A stretch of DNA of 56,783 nucleotides from an uncultured virus (IMG/VR IMGVR_UViG_3300031836_000398) (lineage: Duplodnaviria > Heunggongvirae > Uroviricota > Caudoviricetes > Herelleviridae): IMG/VR virus record IMGVR_UViG_3300031836_000398; one strand, given 5' to 3'. Positions 9,828 to 18,128 of this stretch are shown one piece after another. The stretch's first letter is position 1. Each line of letters begins with the position of its first letter. Below the pieces are notes generated by a model that was not told where the DNA came from, did no database searches, and worked only from the letters and a program-made list of their open reading frames with translations. The position numbers and the translations under genes were made by a program.

Positions 9828-10184
9828 TTAGGCGTGAGCCAGTTCGGGTTTTGTGGCGGTGTCCAGCGTCACGATGACGTGCTGAAGCTTGCTGAGTTCG
9901 CGGCCTGAGTAGCTGTGGTTTCCCAGTAGCTCGGTCACGAGGGTGAGGACACTCTCATCGGCAACGTGCATGTTCAAGATCACGAGACCGGTGGCGTTTT
10001 GGCTCGTGTTCAGAGCCATGATGAAGCCGAAGTGGTCAGTGTCAACAGCGTCGATGAAGACGGTGTTCTGACCTTCAGTGATGAGATTGGTAACAGCGTC
10101 ACGGGCAGAGCACGCATCGGCAAGAACGATGGTGCTGCCATCGGTGCTGAGGGCTTCTTCGAGACGGGCGAATGTTTCCAACAT
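9828..10184 (-). CDS. Hypothetical protein (118 aa), possibly a degenerate P-loop fragment
   Basis: ATG 10184 behind AGAAAGAG; alternating alpha/beta pattern with no intact Walker motifs. Confidence 0.55.
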   Translation of the reverse strand: MLETFARLEEALSTDGSTIVLADACSARDAVTNLITEGQNTVFIDAVDTDHFGFIMALNTSQNATGLVILNMHVADESVLTLVTELLGNHSYSGRELSKLQHVIVTLDTATKPELAHA

Positions 10185-10367
10185 GGTGGCTCTTTCTGTT
10201 TTTTGGTGAGCGATTTGTGAGTGGAGAATGAACACCGGCAGTTGCCTGAGTTGTTCACGGCTTCTCCCGGTCACAGCTGTGCTGTCGACCCTTTTCTGTT
10301 CCATCGGCGAAGCGCGATGGGAAGCGAACACCCAGTGGCGAAGTGCCACTGGGTGTTCCAGAAGTTG

Positions 10368-10775
10368 TTATTTGCTGTGCTTTGGGCAGTCCGGGTTGAA
10401 CTCCATTGCGGAGCCCGGCTCGGTGATGCCGTAGTAAACGAAGTGATACTCGCGGGGTGTTTCCCAGCAGAGGCACGTTTCCTTCATCGAGTCAGGGACG
10501 AAGCGCACGTCGCCGGTGATCAGCCAAGTGCTGTTCACGTCGAGACTGGACGCAAAGAGCGTCAACTCGCCGGCGGTGGGGTTGGAGAGGAAGTACGTGT
10601 TGAGCCATTCAGCTGGGACGCTGTCGGGCGTACCCACCAGGGGAGCCGACAGCGATGCCTGGAAGCGTTGCTGGATCTCGGTGCGGCTGACACCCTGTTG
10701 GGCAAGTTCAGCCAAGACTGCATCAACGCGGTCGCTGAAAGCGCTGCGGTTGCTGATGTCGTGTGTCGTAGCCAT
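10368..10775 (-). CDS. Putative XRE-like HTH protein
   Basis: ELTLFASSLDVNSTWLITG resembles the last helices of XRE HTH domains; AAAAGG RBS before MATTHD. Confidence 0.55.
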   Translation of the reverse strand: MATTHDISNRSAFSDRVDAVLAELAQQGVSRTEIQQRFQASLSAPLVGTPDSVPAEWLNTYFLSNPTAGELTLFASSLDVNSTWLITGDVRFVPDSMKETCLCWETPREYHFVYYGITEPGSAMEFNPDCPKHSK

Positions 10776-10959
10776 GAGGAACCTTTTCTTCAAGAAGTCA
10801 TCCCGCCTTGAGGCGGCTTAGTTCCACCCCCGGCCATGGCCTGACATGGCGTTTGTTCGCGCTGCGGCTCGTCTTGTGAGCTGCTGCGTTATGGGACAAA
10901 AATCCCCCGCTACAGCCATGTGGCTGCACGGGGGATTCTGTTGTTGTTCGGTCTGCTGC

Positions 10960-11737
10960 TTACTGCGACGCGGTGGTCTCAGCGGTGTAGTAGTCGATGT
11001 TCCATCCGGTCGCGGTGTTGTATACCTCAACGCGAATGTTGATCTGGCCGTCACAGCTGAGCACGTCAACGGTCACTGAACGAGGAACCAGCTCATCCCC
11101 GAGGTACTCAGGGGTTGCTGCGTAATAGAGCGGGCAACTGTCTGCGTTGTTGGTGTCGAGGTAGTCCCGAGCAATCAACTCTGTGTAAGCCATGCCTCCC
11201 GAATACTGCCCATTGGTTCGCGTCGATCCAACGTTCTGGGTGCGAGTGCCCGAGACGAGATTTTCCAGTGTTGGGTCTCCGCCGAGGGAGTCTGCAACGA
11301 GATGTGACCTGTTCCAGAGCCAGCCGGAGTACGGCTGCGATCCGTCGATGTCGCTTCGAGCAGGAATGAGAACCTCACCGTTGTTCGCCGGCCAACCCGA
11401 AGGGTCTGCCGAGATGGATTCGCGTTCGCTTGCTTTCTCGTGCTCGCGAAGGGTGCTCGTGAGATTCCCGTAGGCGCATACTGCGCGATCGAGACTGTCC
11501 AAGAGACAGTACTCAACGACACCATCGCTGCTGGGGGAGTAGTCCTGTTCGGCTGTTCCGATGATCGTGAAGTAGTCATCCGGTGCAACCAGGGGCGCCT
11601 GGGCTGCCAGCGTCACCTCTGCTGACGTTGATCGCGTCGGGTGATGTGTTGATCAAGCCAAGCGCGATGAGTGCGATGGCGGCCAGCAACGTCGAAACGT
11701 AGAGGGCTGCTTTGGTGCTGCTGCGTCGAGCGGCCAT
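10960..11737 (-). pseudogene. Secreted DNA/RNA non-specific (beta-beta-alpha-Me) endonuclease with an apparent frameshift
   Basis: Catalytic ORF 10960-11616 has LDRA...NRSHLVADSLGG...NLVSGTRTQN. The signal/TM segment MAARRSSTKAALYVSTLLAAIALIALG starts at ATG 11737 (AGGAGA RBS) in a different frame. Confidence 0.7.
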
Positions 11738-11885
11738 TGGGTGTCTCCTGAAGATTGATGCGAGAGCGACAGATCTGTCGTGTGGACGAAGGGCCCCCCT
11801 TGAGGGCGGTTCCCGATCACCCCCGGCCATGGTTTTCCATGGCAAAGTCACCCGCTTGACTGCTGCACCTGATAAAGTAATTATC

Positions 11886-11901
11886 TACTCAAAAACCAGC
11901 A
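11886..11901. promoter_or_regulatory. 16-bp palindromic box (RHH gene)
   Basis: TACTCAAAAACCAGCA. Confidence 0.7.
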
Positions 11902-11913
11902 TAACTAAGGAAT

Positions 11914-12390
11914 GTGGACAGACGCATGGAAGAACTTTCTCCCGGAGTTGTAGATGAGCTTGTGGCATCCGACGACCTTGAAGCTCTTACTCGGAGAAGT
12001 ACTGAGCCGTTGAAGACCAGCCCCACGAAACCGGGAAAGAAACTCGCAACGACGAGTTCTGATCCGCGGGTGCGTGTCACGGTGCGGGTGGCGCCTGACC
12101 TGAGCCAACGAGTGTCGTACTGGGCAGACAAAGCAGGTATTTCGACGAACGAGTATGTGATCGAGGCGATTGAGTCCGCGATCCGTCGTGAGAACGCTGA
12201 CTATGACTTACCCACGCTGGAGATCGCACGATTGGAGCAACTGAAGGACGTCGTAGCCTCACTGTCTTCCGACGTGCAAAATCTCACTGCGATGACCCAG
12301 ACCGGCTTCGATTCCCTGGCGGGACTCACTCGTGGTGACAACTATCTGATGGACGACGAAGACGGCGAACTTGGAGGCGTATCAATATGA
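11914..12390 (+). CDS. Ribbon-helix-helix (CopG/Arc-like) DNA-binding protein
   Basis: VRVTVRVAPDLSQRVSYWADKAGISTNEYVIEAI RHH pattern followed by a coiled coil. Confidence 0.75.
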   Translation: MDRRMEELSPGVVDELVASDDLEALTRRSTEPLKTSPTKPGKKLATTSSDPRVRVTVRVAPDLSQRVSYWADKAGISTNEYVIEAIESAIRRENADYDLPTLEIARLEQLKDVVASLSSDVQNLTAMTQTGFDSLAGLTRGDNYLMDDEDGELGGVSI

Positions 12391-13295
12391 GTGGTTTCGA
12401 TTCGATTCTGGATGAGTTCAAGACCGCAACTGCGGACGACATCCATATATACGTTCCTGGTGTGGTCGGTGGCGACAAGAGCGCACCCGCCGGTAATCCT
12501 GGAACCAGTTCTGCAAACGCCGGCGGCTCGTCGGCCGCACACGCAGGCAACGCACCTGAACCTGCGCCGGAGCTTCCCGAGGGCAGCGATCCTGATGACC
12601 CGGCCGCTGTCGATGAGCCGGAAGAAGAAGACGTCACCCCGGTGGAACCAGATCCCGAACCAGAGCTTTCCGACACCACCACAACCGAAGACTTCCCCGA
12701 CCCAGAGCCTATTCAGCTCGGCGTCGATCAGACCCCGAGCCCTGAGTTCCCTGTTATCGACCGCAAGAACGCGGCGCTGAACTTTGGTGGTGACAGCTGC
12801 ACTCTGCGGCAGTTCCCGAAGGGTCTAGTCGAGACGATGCGTGAACTCTTGATTCCATCGCTCGGTAAAACGTTCGCCACCGACCTGTCACAAAACAGTG
12901 TCGTCGTGGCATTCGTGATCGCCTCTCTTGGCACCGACCTCGACACCGACGCCAACACAGCCCACGCTGTGAAGGCGTTCCGAGAAACAGATCCCAAGAC
13001 GGATCTCGTGGACAAGCGCACCAGAGAATTGCTGCAGCAACAGGTCAAAGTCGAAGCGGTGCTGAAGACGCTGACTAAGCACATCGGCGCTATGGCTTCA
13101 ACGACGTCGGTGTTGGAGATGGGCCAGGCATATCTGTTGGCTGATCGCACTGCCCAGATCGACAGCGCAGGCATTACGCCCGAGACGATCGACATCACGC
13201 AGAAGCGTGTTGTTGCTGCTCGCGACAACGTGCGCACACGAGTCGGAAAGCTCGACCGCGAGGAAACGATCCGCGCTGGTCGACCGGTTCGTTAG
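12387..13295 (+). CDS. Hypothetical protein (acidic Pro-rich N-terminus, helical C-terminus)
   Basis: ATGA overlap with the upstream gene; GGAGG RBS. Confidence 0.7.
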   Translation: MSGFDSILDEFKTATADDIHIYVPGVVGGDKSAPAGNPGTSSANAGGSSAAHAGNAPEPAPELPEGSDPDDPAAVDEPEEEDVTPVEPDPEPELSDTTTTEDFPDPEPIQLGVDQTPSPEFPVIDRKNAALNFGGDSCTLRQFPKGLVETMRELLIPSLGKTFATDLSQNSVVVAFVIASLGTDLDTDANTAHAVKAFRETDPKTDLVDKRTRELLQQQVKVEAVLKTLTKHIGAMASTTSVLEMGQAYLLADRTAQIDSAGITPETIDITQKRVVAARDNVRTRVGKLDREETIRAGRPVR

Positions 13296-13346
13296 CCCAG
13301 CTGTCGCTGATGGCTATCCAATACAACTAGCAAGGAGGTAACTCAC

Positions 13347-13904
13347 ATGGCTGAAACACATTTTCCGATTCGACAGCGATGCAAGAAGTGCGGCAAGGGC
13401 TTCGGCAACGGTGCGAGCGCTCAGGTGTACTTCGGACTGTTCTGCACGCCGAGGTGTGCCGGTATCGCTACACCGCCGACGCGAGCTGAGGATGCTCCGC
13501 GTGAGTGCAAGACCCAACGTGATGGAACAGCCTGGGTGTTCAAGCGCCGGTATCGCAGTGTGAGCGAGATCCCGTCGAAGCTGCGTGACGATCCCACGGT
13601 GAGCCATTACAGCTGTCAGTCGTGCGGTGGATGGCACATCGGCCATAGCCGCATTGACTTGACGCGCGAACAACACAGAGTGCTCGTCGATCGCAAGGAG
13701 GTCGCAGACCTACTGGTGAAGGCTCGCGGTCACGCGACGCACAGACAGGTCGCCGAGGTCGCGAAGGTGCGACCGATTCGGATCAAAGAGCTCGAGGATC
13801 CAGCGTTCGCTGATCCATCGCTGGCGGCACTGTTCGCCGTGCTGGCGGTGTACCGATTGAAGCTCGCGGCGGTGTTCCCGCAGGAACGAGCTGGGCGAAG
13901 GTAG
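13347..13904 (+). CDS. Zinc-finger plus XRE-like HTH protein
   Basis: CKKC, CTPRC and CQSCGGWH metal motifs; C-terminal THRQVAEVAKVRPIRIKELE HTH-like segment; AAGGAGG RBS. Confidence 0.7.
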   Translation: MAETHFPIRQRCKKCGKGFGNGASAQVYFGLFCTPRCAGIATPPTRAEDAPRECKTQRDGTAWVFKRRYRSVSEIPSKLRDDPTVSHYSCQSCGGWHIGHSRIDLTREQHRVLVDRKEVADLLVKARGHATHRQVAEVAKVRPIRIKELEDPAFADPSLAALFAVLAVYRLKLAAVFPQERAGRR

Positions 13905-13918
13905 CCCCACCAACGACT

Positions 13919-13959
13919 AGAACCCCGAGAGGCATTTCGCTTCTCGGGGTTCTTTTTTT
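13919..13959 (+). terminator. Intrinsic terminator (near-identical copy at 17552-17584)
   Basis: AGAACCCCGAGAGGC-ATTTC-GCTTCTCGGGGTTCT followed by a T run. Confidence 0.8.
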
Positions 13960-13987
13960 GATCACGCTGACTGTTGTGCGTAGTTTT

Positions 13988-14003
13988 TTCTCGTTTATGA
14001 GTA
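13988..14003. promoter_or_regulatory. 16-bp palindromic box (helicase gene)
   Basis: TTCTCGTTTATGAGTA. Confidence 0.65.
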
Positions 14004-14073
14004 ATTACCGCGCCTGTGTCTGTGTCTCGATGTAGACTGAGGGTTCGCAAACAAGCCACGGAGACCCATAGAT

Positions 14074-16038
14074 ATGTCGAGCACAACACACGCCCGGTCA
14101 GCAATGACCGTCATGATCGGTGGCATCGAGTTTCCGGTGATCCTTGCGGGCGGTCAGCGTGCGCAGCAAAGCCAGGGCTTTGTGCCCAGCGAGCTGAAGA
14201 CGACACCAACGGTGTCTCTGAGTGCGGAACAGCAGAAGCTGATCGACGTAGTGCGCGACGGCCACGATGCGATCGTCGACGCCACCGTTGGTGCAGGCAA
14301 GACCACCGCGATCCAGGCACTGTGCTCCGAGGCAGGGGAGAACAGCAACGTTCTCTACCTGACTTATAGCAAGCTGCTGAAGCTTGATGCTCAGCGTCGC
14401 GTGATGGGTGCGAAGGTGCAGAACTATCACGGCGTCGTTTACCCGTCGCTGTTGGCCGCTGGAATGAAGGTCGGTATCAGCGAGACGATCCGCAAGTTCA
14501 ACGCGGAGTTCAAGACGCTCTCGGCCACGTTCCCGAAGTACGACCTGTTGGTGGTCGACGAGTACCAAGACATCACCGAGGACTACGCCGAGCTGCTGCG
14601 CAACATCAAGTCGGTGAACCCGTTGATGCAGGTCGTCATGGTCGGCGACATGGCGCAGAAGGTTCGCTCGGACACGACACTGGACGCGCAGAGTTTCGCG
14701 CGCGAGTTCTGCGACAACCCCATTGAGGTTCCGTTCACGCAGTCTTTTCGCGTCGGCCCCGAGCTGGCAGGATTGCTCAGCGAAGCATGGAACAAACCCA
14801 TCGTGGGAGTCAACACGAACCAGAAAGTTCGCACGCTGTCGTACGACGAGGCTGTGAGCGTCATCCTTAGCCACAAACCAGGCGAGCTGCTGTGCCTGGG
14901 CAAGCGCAACGGCGCTATGAGCCGCGCACTCAACCAGATTGAAGCGATGCGACCAGAAGTGTTCAACAAGAACACTGTCTATGCGTCGATCCGCGACAGC
15001 GATACTTCCGTGAGCTACGGCGACGAAGCCGCAGTGTTCACCACCTTCGACGCAGCCAAGGGTCTCGAGCGCTCCGTAGCAATCGTCTTTGATTACGACG
15101 AGAAGCTGTGGGATATGCGCTGTAGCTTTCCTGACACCGACCCGATCGTGTTGCGCAACATTTTCCTGGTGGCCGCATCTCGTGGTAAAGACGAGGTCAT
15201 CTTCGTGCGCCCGCCAGATCAGCAGTCACGAGCCACCTTCGAGCACAGCATCGGTTCGATCCCGGTGGGTCGCTTCGTGACTCTGCCCAAGGTCGAGCGA
15301 CCGGTGTACAAGAAGCCGTGGTGGTGCTCGGACATGTTCGATTTCAAGTATGCCGAGAACATCGAGGCGTGCTTTGGGCTTCTGGAAACAGTACGTCTGG
15401 ATGACGGTACTGCAGAGCCGATCGAGATCGAGCGGGCCGAAGGATTGATCGACCTGTCACCAGTGGTCGGGCATTTCCAAGAGGCGGCATTCTTTGCCGA
15501 CTACGACGCTAAGCGCGAGCTGCTGAGCAACCCGTCTGCAAATGCAGGGATGCTCGTGGACGAGATCAAGGAGGATGACCCTTGGGGTAACTCGCTTGTG
15601 CTGACGGCCATGTCCACAGATCAGCTGCGGTATGTGGATCAGGTCAAGGGCACCGTGTCCGAGGCGACTCGCCAGGCGCTGGTTGATCGGCTGTCAACGC
15701 TGCTGCCGCGGGATTGCGAGAACCAGGTGACGCTGAAGATGGAGGGCCTGGCGGTGCATAGTCGCACCGAGCAAGCCCGGGTGGTTATCACCGGCGTCGT
15801 AGATGCGATCCACAACGATCAGATCTTCGAGCTGAAGTTCGTCTCAGAGCTGACGCATCCGATGTTCCTGCAGCTGGCGCTGTACCTAGTGCTCAGCGGC
15901 TACGAGTCCGGGGTTCTCTGGAACACCCGAACAGACGAGCGCTGGGAAGTACGCGTACCCGACCGGGAACGCTTCATGAACGCCGTGGTGCTGTGCGTGA
16001 CCAAGCAGCAGTACCGCGTCTTCCAGGAGGGGAAGTAG
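14074..16038 (+). CDS. SF1 (UvrD-like) helicase fused to a C-terminal PD-(D/E)xK nuclease
   Basis: VGAGKTT, VVDEYQD, VGDMAQ, SFR, AKGLER and VAASRGK helicase motifs; GVVD...FELKF...QLALY RecB/Cas4-like nuclease motif. Confidence 0.85.
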   Translation: MSSTTHARSAMTVMIGGIEFPVILAGGQRAQQSQGFVPSELKTTPTVSLSAEQQKLIDVVRDGHDAIVDATVGAGKTTAIQALCSEAGENSNVLYLTYSKLLKLDAQRRVMGAKVQNYHGVVYPSLLAAGMKVGISETIRKFNAEFKTLSATFPKYDLLVVDEYQDITEDYAELLRNIKSVNPLMQVVMVGDMAQKVRSDTTLDAQSFAREFCDNPIEVPFTQSFRVGPELAGLLSEAWNKPIVGVNTNQKVRTLSYDEAVSVILSHKPGELLCLGKRNGAMSRALNQIEAMRPEVFNKNTVYASIRDSDTSVSYGDEAAVFTTFDAAKGLERSVAIVFDYDEKLWDMRCSFPDTDPIVLRNIFLVAASRGKDEVIFVRPPDQQSRATFEHSIGSIPVGRFVTLPKVERPVYKKPWWCSDMFDFKYAENIEACFGLLETVRLDDGTAEPIEIERAEGLIDLSPVVGHFQEAAFFADYDAKRELLSNPSANAGMLVDEIKEDDPWGNSLVLTAMSTDQLRYVDQVKGTVSEATRQALVDRLSTLLPRDCENQVTLKMEGLAVHSRTEQARVVITGVVDAIHNDQIFELKFVSELTHPMFLQLALYLVLSGYESGVLWNTRTDERWEVRVPDRERFMNAVVLCVTKQQYRVFQEGK

Positions 16039-16042
16039 AGAT

Positions 16043-16375
16043 ATGAGACGAGTCATTCTGGAAAGCCCGTTCGCGCCGACCGAGACAGCGACAGTCGCCG
16101 ACAACGAGCTCTATGCTCGCCGAGCAGTGCGGGATGCGCTCTTGCGAGGCGAAGCCCCGCTGGCGTCACACCTGCTGTACACGCAGCCTGGTGTGCTGGT
16201 GGACACCGTGCCCGAAGAACGCAGACAGGGTATCGACGCCGGACATGCCTGGTTGGCATTTGCCGACGCGCTGGTCGTCTACGGCGACCTGGGTTTTTCT
16301 GCTGGCATGACGACAGGCATCGAGCGGGCACAGATGACGGGAATCCCCGTCGAGGTTCGCTTCTTGGATGCGTAG
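16043..16375 (+). CDS. Small nucleoside deoxyribosyltransferase-like (DUF4406-type) protein
   Basis: VILESPFA...EAPLASHLLY...ADALVVY...SAGM..GIERA...GIPV pattern. Confidence 0.65.
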   Translation: MRRVILESPFAPTETATVADNELYARRAVRDALLRGEAPLASHLLYTQPGVLVDTVPEERRQGIDAGHAWLAFADALVVYGDLGFSAGMTTGIERAQMTGIPVEVRFLDA

Positions 16376-16376
16376 C

Positions 16377-17054
16377 TCAGTGAACGGTGAGCCCGTATTC
16401 GCGAGCGGTGGTTTGTAGGGCGTCATTTGCTGTGCCGATGGGCATATCTACAGTGGGCACAATCAGCGCTCCCGAAAAGACTGCCCAACACTCGTGTGGG
16501 CCGAGGCGCGACTCGTAGCGCAGACCTCCAAAGAGGAACTCACCGTCTTCATCCTGAACGGTGTACGCCCACTCGGAAATAGCCCGGGTAAGCAACCGGT
16601 TGGGCCCACGCAGGGTGGCGATGTCCAGGTTGGCGATCCCGAGGGCATCGAGAGTCGGGGCCATCTGTGCAGTGAGGAACGTGTGGGTCGCAGGCTGATC
16701 GACGTCGAGAAATGGTAGTGGCTCGCTGAGAGAGAAACGAACCAGGCGACGGCAATCGCGCCACTCGGCCGGGATAGCACCGACATCCATGAGGTGTTCA
16801 CCGGGCTCGGCACGCATTAGCAACGAAGCAGCGGTGGGCCGGAACCGTGAGATGGTTTCGGCAAAGGCGCCCTCGGCGGTCGTGGCGGCGTACAGCACTT
16901 CACCGCCAGGCACGTCAAAGCGGTTGCCGCCGGTCGGGGCAGCAGCGTCTTCTGCTTGGATGCTTGAGAAACGCAGAGGGTTCGCTGTGCGACCTACTCG
17001 CCAGAGTTCTGATGAGCAGGTCGCGAGAGCCGGCTCGAGAATCGGATCAGGCAC
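16377..17054 (-). CDS. RES-domain toxin (NAD+-targeting family)
   Basis: R (LWRVGR), NRFD, VLYAA, E (AFAE) and S (YESRL) signature; overlaps the antitoxin gene. Confidence 0.85.
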   Translation of the reverse strand: MPDPILEPALATCSSELWRVGRTANPLRFSSIQAEDAAAPTGGNRFDVPGGEVLYAATTAEGAFAETISRFRPTAASLLMRAEPGEHLMDVGAIPAEWRDCRRLVRFSLSEPLPFLDVDQPATHTFLTAQMAPTLDALGIANLDIATLRGPNRLLTRAISEWAYTVQDEDGEFLFGGLRYESRLGPHECWAVFSGALIVPTVDMPIGTANDALQTTAREYGLTVH

Positions 17055-17433
17055 CGTTGATGAAGGCTCGGGCTGCCACCATCACATCGCGGGCGTTGCC
17101 ACCAGCGAGAGCTTCAGCGGGCGAGGCGTCTTCGAGCTGCGGGTTCATTCCCATGAACCAGGCGCGAATCGTGTGGTCGCCCTCTTCGGAAGAAAGCAGA
17201 GCGTAGACCTGGTACGCGTTGCGCAGGAGGCGCTCATCCTCAGTCGACGGCGATGCCTGATTGTTGACCCAGCGAAGTATCGTACGCGGACCCTTTCCCA
17301 CGATCGAGCCGAGTAGCTGGCGCCCGAGAACGCGCGTGAGAGTATCGCTGACTTCCTGCGCGCTGATCTGTGTCGAGCGGTTGTGCGCACTCGTGCGGGC
17401 ATGATTGCCCGTGTGCATAACGTTTGACATCAT
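17047..17433 (-). CDS. Xre/MbcA/ParS-type antitoxin
   Basis: HTH-like segment (PRTILRW) plus IRAWFMGMNPQLEDASPAEAL toxin-binding motif; GGGGAGG RBS. Confidence 0.85.
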   Translation of the reverse strand: MMSNVMHTGNHARTSAHNRSTQISAQEVSDTLTRVLGRQLLGSIVGKGPRTILRWVNNQASPSTEDERLLRNAYQVYALLSSEEGDHTIRAWFMGMNPQLEDASPAEALAGGNARDVMVAARAFINGA

Positions 17434-17550
17434 GCCTCCCCTTATTTATTGGACTCGTAACTGTCCGGCGTTCACGGGACTTCCCAATCCCGTATTTGTC
17501 ACTATATATGACGCGTATGTGTCACGACTGGACATTGGGCGCGAAAGATG

Positions 17551-17590
17551 AAACCCCGAGAAGCATTTCGCTTCACGGGGTTCTCTTTTC
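17551..17590. terminator. Intrinsic terminator hairpin
   Basis: AACCCCGAGAAGC-ATTTC-GCTTCACGGGGTT immediately after the stop of the 58-aa ORF. Confidence 0.7.
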
Positions 17591-17767
17591 TTAGCCCTGC
17601 TGGATGCGCTTGAGCCAGTGGTGTACCAGCACCATGGCAACGATCGAAAGAACGAAGCCGCTGCCGAAGCTCGCGATATTACTTAGTGCGAGCACAGCGC
17701 CAAGGAACAGACTCAGCAGCACGTAGGTCACGAGTAGCACGAGCATCTTGAAGTGGGTGTTGTTCAT
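17591..17767 (-). CDS. Small two-TM membrane protein (58 aa; absent from the ORF track)
   Basis: AGGAGA RBS; MNNTHFKMLVLLVTYVLLSLFLGAVLALSNIASFGSGFVLSIVAMVLVHHWLKRIQQG. Confidence 0.65.
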   Translation of the reverse strand: MNNTHFKMLVLLVTYVLLSLFLGAVLALSNIASFGSGFVLSIVAMVLVHHWLKRIQQG

Positions 17768-18081
17768 TTTTTTCTCCTGGTGGTTTCGGTAACGAATGGC
17801 ATGACCTTCCTCACTGCTTCTCTCGGAGCGGCTGAGCCGCTCAAACAGAACGCAGTCAGGATCGAGAAGAACCCATGCCGTGGCTCATCTCTTTTCTCTT
17901 TTCAATGTGCAGCGAAGCCGCGCATCTCTTGGTGAACATTTGGCGAAGCCGTAGCTCATCTCTCTTAGGGACATGCGGCGAAACCGCGCACGCCTTCCCG
18001 CTACCCCAGAACAGCCCGCCCGTCAACACTCCAGGGCGTCGAATCGCATCGTTTTAGCTGTGCTGACTCGTGAGCGAAAAA

Positions 18082-18109
18082 GCACAACATAATGTCCGTA
18101 ACGTTGTGC
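18082..18109. other. dif-like 11-6-11 tyrosine-recombinase core site
   Basis: GCACAACATAA-TGTCCG-TAACGTTGTGC, flanked by AAAA/TTTT, ending 19 bp before the recombinase start. Confidence 0.7.
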
Positions 18110-18128
18110 TTTTGTGAGAGCATGAAAT

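Noticed and set aside
17877..17990. CRISPR array
   Set aside because: Repeats are short and degenerate with too little spacer, and there are no cas genes; the Cas4-like motif at about 15800 belongs to a helicase fusion.
18061..18076. TGCTGACTCGTGAGCG as a 14th copy of the 16-bp box
   Set aside because: The arms fit but the centre is GC-rich, unlike the other copies, so it was left uncounted.
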